Shown here in pieces: positions 10,501 through 24,721 of a stretch of 64,000 nucleotides of DNA. The notes beneath the pieces were generated by a model. That model was not told the origin of the DNA. It was given only the letters and a program-made list of their open reading frames with translations, and did not search any database. Each line of letters starts with the position of its first letter. Within the stretch, counting starts at the first letter, position 1. The stretch comes from Utricularia gibba (taxonomy: Eukaryota > Plantae > Magnoliophyta): positions 2,914,001 through 2,978,000 of the forward strand of contig CM007989.1 in assembly GCA_002189035.1 (NCBI GenBank). Direction: 5' to 3'. A program made the translations under genes and the position numbers.

Positions 10501-11467
10501 GAATGTCTTGTTTTTTGTTCTGATCCTCTTGCCAAGAGAAGCCAGCCCGCACAGATCTTTCGCAGTTGTATATTCCCAGTTCTCATTCAATCTCTATCTG
10601 ATTTTGGTCATTCTAGCCTCATCACCAATCTTTATACAAGAAGAAGGCCTAGGTGATCCATGTCCGGACTTCCATCCAACACCTTTTGCTCTTTGGGTTT
10701 ATGCAGCAGCGGGCTTCACTCCGATCTCATTAGTTGAATGCGGACTGAGTTCATCGATGCATGTCCCCAGTTTACCGAGCTTCAACTCAAGCAAGCACGA
10801 CAGGTACACCGACACCTATGGGGCGGAGTGTATCACCAGTAACTAATGCTTACCGACATATATACATCTCCAAGAAGTCGTCTGGTATTCCTTTAATGAA
10901 CCAAACAACAAACATGCATCATCAAGGATTTGACAATCTAATGCTGAAAAATGAAGATTAAAGCAGAAAAAAAGACCATGATTTCTTCGTCACCAACAGG
11001 GAAGGAGAAGCAGCAGATGACAGAGTATCAACCGGACGCTTTGAAGAATTCTCTACAGGTTCCATCAAAGGCAAGGATCATTCTGACCCAAATGATATGT
11101 TCCCCAATTTTTCTTAGTCCCAGACAATGCTGCTCTGGTCAACTATAGGGATTCCTTGCTTGGAATAGCTCTCAAACTTTTGAGTGTTGAGGTCTAAGCC
11201 AAGTTTGCTTGTTGAACAAATTGCTAGAGACCTGTATCTGGATGATTGATTCAGGCGTGGGGTGAGTACCCCTTCAAGAAAGTTGTATCGAGATTCTTAT
11301 ATCTAAGTTATTGTTTCGGACCAAATGGGACACCTAATGGATCTTGGAGAAGCCTTGTGTTAACGCTGGCACAAGATTTTGGACTATAAAGTTGAAACTT
11401 GTTGGCGGCGGCGCGGAAACCGTAGTTCACTCTTTTTTGTTCTTTTTCCTCTTGAATGGAGGTGGGG

Positions 11468-14400
11468 ATGGACGAGACTCTCCGAATTCGGAGTTTGGAG
11501 AGAATTCCGTCGGCGGCGGAGTTTATGTCTGAAATCGAATCAAGAAATGTTCCAGTGGTAATTGCTGTTACAAAATTCGCACCTTTCCTAGAACTGGTCG
11601 TCTTTGGTGGCCTTTTATCTCATCAGACTTTGACGATTGCTTTTCAAGGTGTTTACTGGATGCGTGAAAGACTGTAAAGCATTTTCGAAGTGGAACGTCT
11701 TGAACGGCGGCCTCCAGTACTTGCAGGCGAGTAGCTCTTGTGGAGTTCCTAGGGAATTTTAGTGTTGACAGTGACCGATACGAAGTATAGCTATTTTATC
11801 AACTCAGGTTTTTCATTTTGTAATAGGACTTGGCAGGATGTTCTGTTGTGGAGGCGATGCTATCCAGGTCTGCTCCCATATTTTATGGGATATAAGAAGT
11901 CATGAGAGGGTGAAATTGAAATTCAATTCTCAATCTAACTGTTCAGGATAATCCAGATTGAAATAATGCGACAAAAACATGATAGGTTCAACTGCCGTTT
12001 GCTACATTTATTGGATACTGCAAGGATCTATTGCAGCATGTAGGTGATAGGTCAGAATTCGTCCACCAGTCGGGCGTTTTTGAGCAATGCACTGCTTTTG
12101 GCTCTGGAAACGAATCTCCACAGGAAATATATCTGGCACAGGTTGCAAGTCATCCTTTTTAAGGCTTGATTAATCTCTGTGTCTCAACTGCCATTTCCAT
12201 GACATGCCCACTTGAGTTGTTCAGGTGCCCATTCTTAATCCTGAGAAAAAGGATGTAGCTCAGCTAGAATGCTTAAAAGAAGACATTGAAATGGTGCGGA
12301 TGTAATGCACTGATTTCTTGTCAATCTCCTTATCACTTGCATCGTGTGAATTCAATATTTGAAATTGTCGCCTTCTTCAGCCTGTCTTTTTAGAGGGAAA
12401 AGAGATGGATTCTGTCAACTTATGGATGAACTGCACTAGAACGAGATCAAGCACACATTATGATCCACACCACAATCTTCTATGCATACTTTCGGGATAC
12501 AAACAAGGTATGTTTAGTATATATGCTTGATCATATACAGTTGAGTGATTGTTTATGTTGTGTTTGTCTCTGTTGCTTCATGCGGTTAGTTTCTCTCTTT
12601 TTCTTTTTTTTTTCACTCTTCGTCATGTGTAAGTACGCTGAGTGATAAATTATTCATCAGACATAAAATGTTCATCTAATTTTTTTTTCCGATTTCTTGT
12701 GCTTAAACATGTTCGTTATGTTCTTATCATGTGAATCTTGTGTGCTGCTGTCTGCGTGATCTGGATTTAGTTTCTCTTTGGCCTCCTTCAGCAACACCCT
12801 TCCTATACCCCCTTCCTTTATATGGAGAAGCATCCAACCACAGGTTTTCTCAGTAAATTGTAAACTGTCATCCATTCTTTAATGTGGAATGGATTTTTAA
12901 CATGTAAATTTGGAAATCCAATTTCTGATTATTCAGATTCTTTTTTTTTTCAGTGCTATTCCTCTAGAAAACCCTGATTTTAGTCGATATCCAAGAGCGA
13001 AGTCATTGGATAGGTTCTCTCAGAAAGTAGACCTTCATCCAGGAGATGCTGTATTCATCCCAGAAGGATGGTAGCAGTTTTCTGTTCTTTAAGTTTCTCT
13101 AATGTTAAGATATTTCAATCTTTCCCAATGAGCAGTGGATCATTTTTCACTTGATCACATTCCTGTGTACTGCATCAAAATAAAGTTGTAGTCGCTAAGT
13201 AATTAGTTTGGGATAAAGATGGATTTTCAAGTACAAAATTTGGACTGCATCTTAGGACTATTCAAAGAAGTTAACATCTTTATTATCTAGAACCAAGTTT
13301 TTTGGATTGGCCTCTATATGTTGTTTTTCTCGATTTTGCTAGCTGGCTTTTTGGTGCTAGGGTATATTGCACATCACACTGATTTTTATATTTTTTTAGA
13401 GGTTGTTGCCATGATTGATCTATTCTCCAATCCAGGTTTCACCAAGTCAACAGCGCAGATTTGACGATAGCTGTTAATTTCTGGTGGCGGTCGGACAAGG
13501 TTTCGGGAATGCTAGAACACATGGATTCATATTATCTGCGCAGAATCTTAAAAAGGTTGATGAAGTACTGTTTCATATTGTGTTTAAAGGAATAACTACT
13601 GACAATGCTTCTTATCTTTCATGTGGCTATTTTCTCAAAATTACAAGATTAACTGACAAGGAAATGGTACCATGCATCCCACTTAGATTTCTGTTTCTTG
13701 GAAAGTCTCCTAGGTTCTAATCATTCTTTTGTACTCGACATGGAATGGGGACAGGACCGAATGCTGCCTCGGCCTGAAACTTCTGCCAAAGCAAGTGCCA
13801 CTGATGATAGTCACCAGTTGATTACTTCAAACACAGGTCAGCTTTGTTTTTTTTTTTTTTCCATCAATAACAGCATTTTGTAATGAATTCATAGAAAACA
13901 AAAGTTCTCTCATCATAGTGCCATCAAATATTTCTGGAACCTTGAAAAAATTAGGAAACCTGGAATGTGATTCTCCTTTGGGCGACCAGAAAGGTGACGT
14001 GAAAGCAGTGCTGGAACATAGAATTTCAGTTAATGAAATGGAGCCAGAAACCTTTAACTCCTTCCATGAACTTGTTTCTCTGATCCATGTCCATGTCGAC
14101 AAGAAGAATATAGTGGACTCATCAAGTCAGTCGCTTGCTGAAAAGGAGGGGACTGATATGGGCGATACAGGAAGCTTATTTAACTTGGATGAAGATCCGA
14201 TCGCAAATATGATTTGGAAACTTGATCCACATGCCTGTCAAAGAATCTTCCTTGCAATGGCAGTAAGTTTTACCTCAATAAGCTATTTTACCTCCTGTAA
14301 TTTCGCTTTATCATTATCATTGAACATAATCTCATAAACTATCAATCATCTATTGTCATTTTTATCACTCTGGATAGAATTGCAGTGTGCCAGCACTTGT

Positions 14401-15161
14401 GATGAATATGTAATCTTTGTATGCACTGGAGTATATACTGCTGTTCTTTTGTTTTTTTCATGTATTTATCAAGTCAGCACTAGTAAGCCTCAGTAGGTGG
14501 CGCTCTCCTAGTTGTTTTCGGAATATTTTGCGTATCATGTTTAACACTATTTTGATGGAGTGATGAAGCAAATATCCTCATTTTTTCTTTCTAACGCTAA
14601 CGCGTATATTCAGCACAATTTCCCTAGGACACTGGAGGCTTTTATATTACAAGCTCTCTCCCCAGTTGGCGCCGAGGTTCTCACCAGGAAATTTGAGCAG
14701 ATGGATCAAATCATGATGGCAGAAGAATGGTGCATATTTTTGTTGTATGCTGTGGTTCTAATTAAGCGTTATGTATAGTTTTTCTAATCTCATTTGTCCT
14801 CAGGGGTAAGTTTTACCAGATATTTTATGGTGTGTTTGATGACCAGTCATCTGCCATGGCGGCTCTTCTTGACGGAAAGGAATCATTTGCAAGACAGGTT
14901 TTTTTTTTGTGCTTTACCTAGCTTACCGTGTTTGATTTATGCTTTTGTTGATGAATACTTCTACCTAGTGTCAATCTCCTCCTTGGACTTTTATGCACCA
15001 ATATCTCACCTCGCGTTTGAATCGATTGAAATTCTTGTTGCAAGTCACATGCTTACTAACGTGTTCTACTTCTCACACAGGTGTTTAAGAATGTTCTGGC
15101 ACAGCATTTGGGTGTTAATGTCAATGGAGCAGAACCGGTGTCTTCAAGTAGGGATCAGTGA
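11468..15161 (+). CDS. JMJ31: JmjC-domain 2OG/Fe(II) dioxygenase (JMJ31-like, JmjC-only group)
   Basis: In-phase exons include EAMLSRSAPIFYGDIRSHER, IYLAQ, VNLWMN...RSSTHYDPHHNLLC (HxD), LWPPSATPFLYPLPLYGEASNHS, GDAVFIPEGWFHQV (distal His), NFWW and HNFPRTLEA. Stop at 15159-15161. Confidence 0.88.
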
Positions 15162-16906
15162 AGAATAAATTGTAACCCGAGGTTGATCAATTGTTCCTTC
15201 TATTTCCTATGGTTATCACACTTCAATGGTTCATTAGAATGACCAGTTGCTTGTAACTTTGGCTTGACTGAGGCTGGTAATGCTGTGCTACAGTTTTGTC
15301 GCCGTGGGTAGTGGATGATGGATGGCAGGCTTGCTTGGAAAATCTACCCCTATTATGAGCAATTGGTCTTCAAACGGTTACAAGAATCTTACGTCGGAGG
15401 TTTCTCCTAGAAAAAGCTCAATGTAGCATGGCACATATAGTGGACATTTCAAACATTTTCCACCAAATCTTCAAATTCTTTGTGCAGATGCCAAAAACAA
15501 ACATTGACTGGTGGTTTTGTAACACTACATGATTTTTTAAACCAATTACATGTGTAAATGTATTGTCAGATTCATTGAAAATGAAATCTCCTTATGTGCA
15601 TCTCTTAGCATTTGAAAATGAAAAAACCCCAAATTTCATCACTTGGTCCATTATGAAATAGTTTTGTGCATCAGACATGTTGGTTCTGCATCTATGTAAC
15701 TGATATAGGTTTTATTCATCTTCTTGGAATATCTATATCATTTGCTTTATTCCTGACGCTTTTGAGAATCCTAAAAGCTGTGAGAATATTCATGTCTTCT
15801 TGAAGCAATCCTTGTTATGATGAAGCTGAAACTAATTATAGCACACACTGTGCTGTGTGCTTCTACGTTCAATAATTTTTCCCTGCACTTTATTCATTGC
15901 CTTGTTTACACTCAAGCATCTGCAGACAAGATAAGTAGCAGAGATTTTGGCTCATCTACAGTGGATGGAGGAAACTTGGTAAAGGCGAAGGAAAAGAAGG
16001 TATGGGTAATTATTTATTTCAGACCAAGAAAAGAAGCAGGACTAAAAGATACATACATGGTGATGACATGAGATTCCCAGTCCCTGTTGAAATATGTCAT
16101 TTGCAATTTGTCTTGTCGTGCTCAGCATCCTCCCTTTTTTCCCAATTCTCTTTTACATAACGAACTGTATGTAGCTTCTTGCATCCGCATACTTTTACTT
16201 GTGCACTACTCTGTAAAAAGATCGCATATACCAGACTTTTTTGTCAGAATTTTTGAACATTTTTCCTCATACGAAAAAGAATACATTGTTCATATGGCCG
16301 TTAAACTTCCATGTTCTCCAAAATGGACGCATGCTGAATATTCCTCTTGAAGCTAGTGTTCAGATTCTCTAAGTTTTTGAATTGTCAATTGACTGTTCGT
16401 TCAAGCAGGAAGACCCAAGTTGCGCAAACCTTGTTCTTCAGTACCTGTAGTGGTCATAATTAAAACTCTTGGAGACAAATTCAGTCATAGAAGGAAACTC
16501 AGAAAATAAAGTGTGACAATTTTGCTGGACTTTGGATCTACCACCCCTTTCGATTGCCGTTGACATATATCCTCAAGATGACCATCTCTCTCTCTATCTT
16601 TTCTCTTTATTTTTCCCCTTTTGGGCTGTCTTGTACCACTAATTCAAGGACCACCACTATCCTTGAACGGCAAAAGGATTGGCATGGAAAAGGTAAGCCT
16701 TCTCTTTCTCTCTTTCTTTTGTTTTTTTTTTTCATCTCTGTTTTGTACGTTTACACATTGCTTGTATTACTACTGATCATTATGTAAACGACAACAGGAA
16801 CATTGGCAAGTGGGTGAAAACGAAGCACCAACTTGAGGCCAGTCCATTGAAGTTCGAAAACAGTCCAGATTTCAGAATCTTAAAGTTGGTAAACATCATT
16901 GATTAT

Positions 16907-18168
16907 TCAGAAGAATGCAGTTGGATTAGCAGGCCAGTTCGTTTCGTTGAATCCAAATCCGTGATTCTTCAAGTCAACATCACACAGAGTAGAGTGTTGG
17001 CTGGCTAGGCCGAGAAAGTCACGAGTGAAACCATCGCTGCGACTCACCGGACCAGTGCCCGCTGCCTTGTGAAGAATTGTAGCAGCCGAGAGGCCCGGTG
17101 CAGCGACATGGAAGGTTGAACCTAATATGTGGGTGTACGGAATGGCTAACTTGATCTGATTTTCCGGTGAAAGGTGCAACGGCTCCGGGAAGCTGATGTG
17201 GTTGCCGGAGAAGTGGAGGGGATGGTCAACTGTCAATATTGAGTTTGTCGCTGCAGAAAGCCTCGCACTTTCTTCAGCCAATGCTTCACAAAATGCTCTG
17301 TGGGTGATGAAACTATCCTTCCTGCAACAAACACCATTATTCAGTATAAACAACAAAAGAAAGAAAAGTTGTAAAAAAAAGGAAAAGAATGAGAAAACAA
17401 TTAATTTTTTCCAGCAAAAAAAAAACTGCAGGAAATAAAGAATCCCAAAAAGTTTCCTGAAACTGTTGATGCTTTTTATACTTAGCAAAGCTTTCCAGTA
17501 AAACGCACGTTGATCTCTGGATTTGATGATTGCATTATCAACTTTTGATTAGTTAACTGCATGTTTCAGTGTTAGTTTTACCTGGAGAAAATGGTGCCAC
17601 AGTCACATCTGTATTCCCTGGTACCACAAGTCTTCGAGTGAGCTTTCCAGTCAGATTGAACTGCATAAATCTTTGAGCATTTGTTGCATTTCCATTTCTT
17701 TTCTCCATGTTTCCTGCAGTAATGCTTCTTGATTCCTGTCAGATCACCCAAAGCCCTTGAAGGATGATGATGTATGCATGATGGTTCTGGGCAAACATAT
17801 GCTTTTTTCCTCTCCTTGTTGCTGCTTTTCTGCTTCAGCTTCCACGGAAGATTATGCCCTCTCCTATGAAGCTGCAAATTCTGATCTCTCTGAAACCCCT
17901 TGTTGCATATTTCACACACAAACCTGTTGGTAGCCATCAGGGTTCTTGGGGATAGAGCAATCACTTCAGCATCAGGATCTGCATCAAACAAAACAAGCAT
18001 CCACTCAGCCTCGAGGAGAACACAATACCATATATCAATACAATGCTAACCTGGATTCCCGGGTAGACTCCGCTTCTTTTTCGGTGGCAGTGGCGGCGGC
18101 GGAGGAGGGTTTTGTTGCAGGTGCATGACGGAGACGGCGGCCGGGTTTGGAATCAATGGAGTAAACAT
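16907..18168 (-). CDS. INDETERMINATE DOMAIN (IDD/BIRD) C2H2 zinc-finger transcription factor, 3 exons
   Basis: Reads MFTPLIP...PPKKKRSLPGNP|DPDAEVIALSPRTLMATNRFVCEICNKGFQRDQNLQLHRRGHNLPWKL...CDCGTIFS|RKDSFITHRAFC. The C-terminus has a degenerate SATALLQKAA box (SAATILHKAA) and TRDFLG. Confidence 0.95.
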
Positions 18169-19631
18169 CGGTGTCCCAACTGCTTATGTTTTTTTGCGTG
18201 CGCTCATGAACCTCAAAACCCGGCTTTTTTAAAAGCTCTTGTAACAAACCCTATTTATGAAAGGCTAGGCCTTACATGAATCCCATCTGTTCCTGTGGAC
18301 ACACTGAGCAATGAATGAAAAGGTGGCAGGTTGCAGATTTTATTCCCTTTATATAGAAAATGAGCTCTTCTCTTCAGCAGCTTTTGTGTAGTATGGGGAA
18401 ATGCACAGAGAAGAGAACCCTTTGCTGCTTGGTGTCTCTCTCCCCACCCCATCTCTCTATTTATGAGAGAAAGAAAAGCTTGCCTGCAATCATTTCACCT
18501 CAGTTCATTATAACTGAATCATATAGTTATGCGGACAGGATAAACGAAGATGACAAACACATGGCACATGCAAAATGTCTGCTAAACTTCGAATCCCTCC
18601 CAAATCCATTGCATGATTAACATTCACCTGGATAACCATTAACTGTTAAGTCGTGTCCAAATTATTCAATGGTGGAGTTGTAAGAAGTCCAGGTGGAGTT
18701 TGATACAAGTACTAACTGTATTTATGCTCCAAGTGCTGCTTCTGTGGAGGAGTCATTTATCGTTGTCTGGATGTGTTATCCTAATATGATATAAAGCATC
18801 CACATCTTAGGAAAGGTGGTTGACTCCATGCACATTAGAAACAATAATTGCTATGAAGCTTGAAAAGCTACACCAATGTGGAGGAGAGCCAAAGCAACGC
18901 AACGCCTAAAGTTTAAAGGAACAAAAAGGTTTCAGATCTGTGACCTAAGCCTCGAAACTGGTAATAAATCTGGAGTTTTCTCCAGTGCTGAATGTATCTA
19001 CACGTAGCCTTTAAAAATACTTGCCCTCAAAAAATAAAAGATTTCGAATATACCAGAAATCTTTGTTTTTGACGAATCAACCCAAGAAAAACATGACAAA
19101 AACAAGTTTAAATGCCGTAGATGTACCCTTTCACTTGTAACTGTGTTAGCTTTTGAAATCTTGTAAAGCTTCAAGTCGATGTGTATCATCACATTCCTGA
19201 TTATCCAGCCACACTGATGAACTTTGAGGTTCGATGGATCCTTCTAAATGGAAAAGCATATAACCCAACAATGAGATCATTGTTCATTCTAACAGACAGT
19301 AGATTGGTCCGACTGTGACTCCGGGCGTGCATTGTTTTTTTCTTTCTCGTCCCGACTGGATCCAGAAGGTAGGTGTGCGGCAGCAGTAGCTTGATCCCTT
19401 TTCCTTGAGCTGACCAGTAAGTGCAGGATGGCTTTGTTGATAGAAGCAAACATGTTCACTTGTCTACAGACTTTTTGAGCAGCGAGAATCCAATGTGTTT
19501 CTGGGATCATGTGAATCATTCATTCAGCGCCTTTGCTTTAACCCACAATCTTTTTCTTTTGATGGGATAAGGAAAAGGGGGAGACAGCGCCTAGTTCCTG
19601 ATGCTAAACAACATCATTTCCCAATCAATGC

Positions 19632-19856
19632 TTAAACCTCATTAAAAGCACCCTCTTCAGCACCCCATGGCTTGGCTTTCTGACCCAAGTTCCGGTCCGC
19701 CGGATCGGCTCCATCTTTATACTCAGAATGACTGCATTTCCTTCCATAGGCATCTTTTGTCTCTATGACATCACCACTTACCTTGGTGGATCCTGTGTCT
19801 TTAGAATGTTTATGATTAAAAGACAGCTTTGGCCCTAGGCTTCCAGATTTGACCAT
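19632..19856 (-). CDS. Candidate small orphan ORF (74 aa, hydrophilic)
   Basis: ATG-started ORF preceded by a TATAAA box about 80 nt upstream and three TGGGCY site-II motifs (19967-20023). No family recognised. Confidence 0.3.
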   Translation of the reverse strand: MVKSGSLGPKLSFNHKHSKDTGSTKVSGDVIETKDAYGRKCSHSEYKDGADPADRNLGQKAKPWGAEEGAFNEV

Positions 19857-20362
19857 TCTACCCTTGATTCACAGACAATAAAAAGTTGAGTGGGGAATGG
19901 GCATTAAGGTCAATAAAGGAGATAGTCAATGCTTTATAGAACCCGTCCCTTTCTCAACCCCACAATTGGGCCAGCTTAGATCGGAGGTGACCCAAACTTT
20001 AAATGGGCCCTACCTCGAGCCCATTCTGGACTGTAGTTCGCCCAATTAGATTTGAGTCTGAACCATTTTCTAACACAAAAAATACAAAAAACCTCAATAA
20101 ATTCAATAATAAATAATCAAATTTAACTAAGAAAATTAAAAGCTTTTTTTTTTAATTTATAAGAAAATGCAGAATTTTTTTAAAATGATTTTTTTTAATA
20201 AAGACAGAACAAAACAACTGGACTAGGAATTGGATTAAGACATTGATCAAGTACAAACTACAAAAGAGTTATCCAAGATCCTCCATCAACAAGGCGTTCA
20301 TGGAAAACACACTCCACAAGCATCCTATCTGGAGCCCCGGCGGGGACACCATCGGAGTCCGG

Positions 20363-23159
20363 TCAGATCACATTTCCCTTGAAGCTTTTGCTCAGCCAAA
20401 TTGCCGTTTCTCTAGGCGACACCTTCTCAGGCCCGAAAGGTTTCAGCAGCACTTGAAGCTCATCGAATCTCTCTTGCTGCAGCAGCTGCGCGCTGAACTC
20501 TAGCAACCCTTCCAAGGCTTCGGCTCGCTGCTGGTATGAGGATGTATCGAATCTGCGGTGGCGAGAATCCGAGGATGATCGGCTTGATGCTCCAGTGCTT
20601 GTTGGATTATGCTCTGAGCACTCGCTGCCGATGTAATTCAGACGGTGATGGGCTCCGGCGAGCTGCTTAGACACAGTCCTGTCCAGTATCTGGATGGTGC
20701 ATTTGTCTTTGGTGATGGAGCGATCGCAGGTCGAAGGAGGGGTCATGTTGTAGGAGGAGCATTGAGCTGAGGTTGATGAAGCTTTGGGGTACCGAAGAAG
20801 ATGATCTTCTGAAGAAGCCAATGGAAAGTCCACCATTTTGTCGATTCTTGGTGCGTTGACAGAGACATTCATGGAAGCAGTGCTCAGAAGGTGCTCAGAA
20901 GAGAACCCTGTGGCCGTTGTAGCCATCGGAAGAGATGCCCTTCTTGAGGATGCTTCTGATGGTTTCCTGGCTGGGGTACGAGTTACTGTAAGCTGCATCA
21001 GATTCTGCTTCATAAGCAACATGGCGATTCAAATGGACAAAACGGAAGCAAAGAACACGAACCAGTTCACGAGTAGAACCCGGGTTGGATATCCTCAACG
21101 GAGTTGACAACCGTCTGGTGTTGGTGACGGCCTTGGAAGAACCAACCACAGGAAGCTTCACATTGTTGCAGACACTTTCAGAGGAATGTTGGGAGAATCG
21201 TTCATTCACATGGCTTGAATGGAAAGGAGCTTCTTCTAGCTCATTTCCAGATATGCTAGGATTCAACGCCCTGTTACTACCAAACGAGGATCTTTTTGCT
21301 GTCTTAATAGTGCCTGCAGCAGAAGGCTTTGCTTTCCTGACAACATCAGGCTCAGGGAAGCTCAGACACTTGGGATGGTTGTACTTGAGATGCTCATTCA
21401 TGATAAAAGGACGAAGATGTGGATTCTTCAGCAACTCCGCAGCCTGAAATGGGAGCAGAAGATACATTTCATCATACTTGATCAATTTTTACATCGAATC
21501 AATAGAACATACACTTGGTCGTAGCTCTGGATTTTTTCGTAGCATGCTTTTGATGAGCCCTCGGCTGGGAAACAGAAAATTCAAGGGAATCAACCATTTT
21601 CAGTTAGAAGTCTGTATATATAATGCATGATTCAGTTGCTTGACTCACAATGGACCCGAATAGATCGTTGGAAGAGGAGACACTATGGACTTGTTGATCT
21701 TGTTGATCAGCCCCTGTATGTCCTGCACATGAACAAAACAAAGCAACCCTCAACCAGTCTTCAGAGCAACAAAAAGTTATCATTGTTTGGCTTACAAACG
21801 CCTTAAATGCAGGTTTGTGAGCAGCCATTTCGTAAACACAGCACCCCAGAGACCATATGTCGGACTTCGAACCGTAAGGTATATCAGCAAGCAGCTCAGG
21901 ACACATATAACTTGGTGTGCCCACCACCTGCAGAAGGCCATCAGAAAATGTGCTTGCTCTAGTAAAAGTGTAGATTTTGATTTGAACCCATATATCAACT
22001 TCAGCATTCACTTACGGAGGAAGTGAGATCATCCGAAGTTAACACTTTAGCTAGGCCAAAATCCCCTGAAATTGCAATACTGGTGAGGGGGTGATTCAAG
22101 AACCAAGGATTCAAGATCATTGAAGCATTTACCCAAGCGTATGTCATGGTCTTTAGTGAGGAATATATTCGAGCACTGCATCGACAACAAAAGATGTGAA
22201 AACCCAACTAAGCTCTGCATATTGCAGTTTCCAGGTAAATGCATTGGCACTGTAGTGTACCTTGACATCACGATGAAGTATATGGTTGGTATGCAAGTAA
22301 TCAAGAGCCATCAGCATTTGAACTAGCCATTTGCAAAGCTTCTGTGTAACATTCCAAAAACCAAAATATAAGTTTTCTGAAGAAACTAGAAAGCACAAGG
22401 AAGAGACAAACCTCTTCAGGAAAATGAACACCATTTGCCTTTTTAATGGCTTCTGCCCTGAGTATTGTGGAGATTTTCAAATCAGAGCTCTTCTAAGAGA
22501 CAGAACTGTAAAACATCTGCAAAATACGGAACTTACATGTCTCCTCCTTCACAGTAGCCAATGACGATGCACACATAACAACCCTGCAAACATGTGAAGA
22601 CCATTACATAGAAGCATAAATAAGACATGAGATATATCCTGCCAGTTCATAGTTCTCTTCCACATGAACAAGAAAGTAGGTTCAATTCTTCACTCTTGCG
22701 AGCTCGAATACTAACTTCAATACTCCTTCCAAACTTGACTGAAAGAAAAATGGGATAGATATGAAAGGCTCTATCTTGTGCCTCACCCTTTCCACCCAAG
22801 AGTCTCTATACTCCACAATATATGGACTTCGAACTTTAGCAATAAGTTCCATCTGCAGCAACAAATTTATGAATTTATGCAATGCAACAGTTTAAACAAG
22901 AATTCGTGATAAATGATCGACCTCCTGATGGGCGGATCTCCGGGTTCTGTCAGTCTGGCGAGCTAGTCGAATTTTCTTCATGACATACCTTCAAATTTGG
23001 TAGGGTAAGAGAATTTGTACAAAAAATTGTAGCCGCATTATGGTAAGATGCTGAAAGGAGCATGGTCACTCACTTTTTCTTCTCTTGTTTATGCCTAACA
23101 AGAAGAGCAGAACCAAATGAACCTTTGCCGATCTGCTCAAGTATATCATAGTTTTCCAT
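20363..23159 (-). CDS. NIMA-related Ser/Thr kinase (NEK1-4 group)
   Basis: Reads [31 protein letters not shown]|[50 protein letters not shown]-terminal [24 protein letters not shown]...[10 protein letters not shown]. All exons in phase. Confidence 0.95.
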
Positions 23160-24721
23160 CTTCTTACAACTGGAGTTGCACTGAAATGAAGAAATTAGTG
23201 GGAAACAAAGCAGAAGAAGATCAAATCGACTAAAGCATCGAAATTCTACTGAACGGAGACGCTACAATTTCCTTAAACCCTTACAAAACGCCATACCCGC
23301 ATTGCTGGAAACCAACAACTTTAAATGGGGCTTGAAAATAAGGAATACTCTGAACAAGAACAAGGGCATTCTCCACCCAGTAAAACAAAAAAAAGACACA
23401 CACAGAAACATGAATTCTGCAAAAACAAAAAGCTCAAATTGAGACTAAAACTGCACCTTGAGTGAATGAATGAATGCACCCAGACAAAATGCAGATCTTC
23501 TAACGCCGCATCAACATAAACTGAGTCAAAGAAAAAATGAGATACATCACGATCTGGGTCCAGTCTAAACCTGCTGAAGAAAGTCTGGGAAAAGAAAAAG
23601 ATGGCGAAGAAACCCAGTTGAGCGGCAAAAGAAGACAAAGCCCACAAATATAAACAAAGGGTAATTTCAAAATTGTGAAAGGACGTGATATCTCAACTCT
23701 CAACAATGAAAGCAAGGAAAATGAAATCCCACCCAACTAACAGTTCCCCCTACAAAGTGAAACAATTGATGCCTATCCCCTTGGTGTTTCTGTTAAACTC
23801 AGTCCCCGCCATTTTTCCCACGGTACAGATAGGTAAAAAGGAAGTCGCAAGCAAATCCTGCTCTCCCTTTTGAAAAAGACCTCAAACCTATAAAATAACC
23901 AAGGCGAGTAAGCAAGAGAGACGACAATGGGGTAGCCAGGACATACCATTTCTTCACTCCGCGAGTCTCTCTCTGTCTGTTTTGTGTTGTAATCAAATTT
24001 GTTGAGCAGAGATTATTACAATCTTTCCCGATCCAGCGAACGTTCATGGGATCTCATTCCTTCAAAACCAGTATCGTCCCTTAGCAGTGTAAAAGTCGCC
24101 ACCCATCAATCAGATTAACCGTTACTTTCCTCTTTATTTTTAGTTCCTCTATTACTTCAGACAAGTCCGATATTCAATTCCTGTGTGACACAAATTAAAG
24201 AGAATATGTAGCATTATTATTTTATATTAACCCACACGAAAATAATATGCATTATTACAAATAAATGTCTACCAAAAAAATGTTTGCCTAATGTAGGGTG
24301 ATCATCACATATATTTTCTCTCTCATAAATTAAAATAAAAAATTAACACTGAAATTATCTATTTTTTTTTCAAATAATTAGATTTTTAAATCATGTGTTT
24401 ATCCACCTCACCGACCACCGCTCCTAGTCACGTGCACTGCACCATTTGGTTCTTTAATATGTGCGAGGGCGGAAAGAAGCGGTGAATATTAATGAACATG
24501 CAGTGCAGGTGACTTTGCTGCACTGGAGTTGGGATCACCATTGGCAAGTAATGGTGGGAAGTGTGGGGAGAAACAAGCAAGCAGTTTGAAGGAATGTTGG
24601 AATCAATGGTTGTCTTGCAGATCCAACTTTTCTTTGCAGTAAAATGGAAATATAGCCGAAGAAGAACAATCAAAGCTTGGATTGCTGAGCCAAAAACTAA
24701 CAGACAATCTGAGAGTGAGAG

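Noticed and set aside
15929-16080. Exon-like segments DKISSRDFG...KAKEKK and TKKRSRTKRY on +
   Set aside because: The implied intron (16000-16022) is only 23 nt, too short for plant splicing, and no homology was recognised.
24430-24515. 12-bp imperfect inverted repeat (cacgtgcactgc / gcagtgcaggtg) as a possible miRNA precursor
   Set aside because: The stem is too short, the rest does not pair, and I found no match to conserved miRNA families I know.
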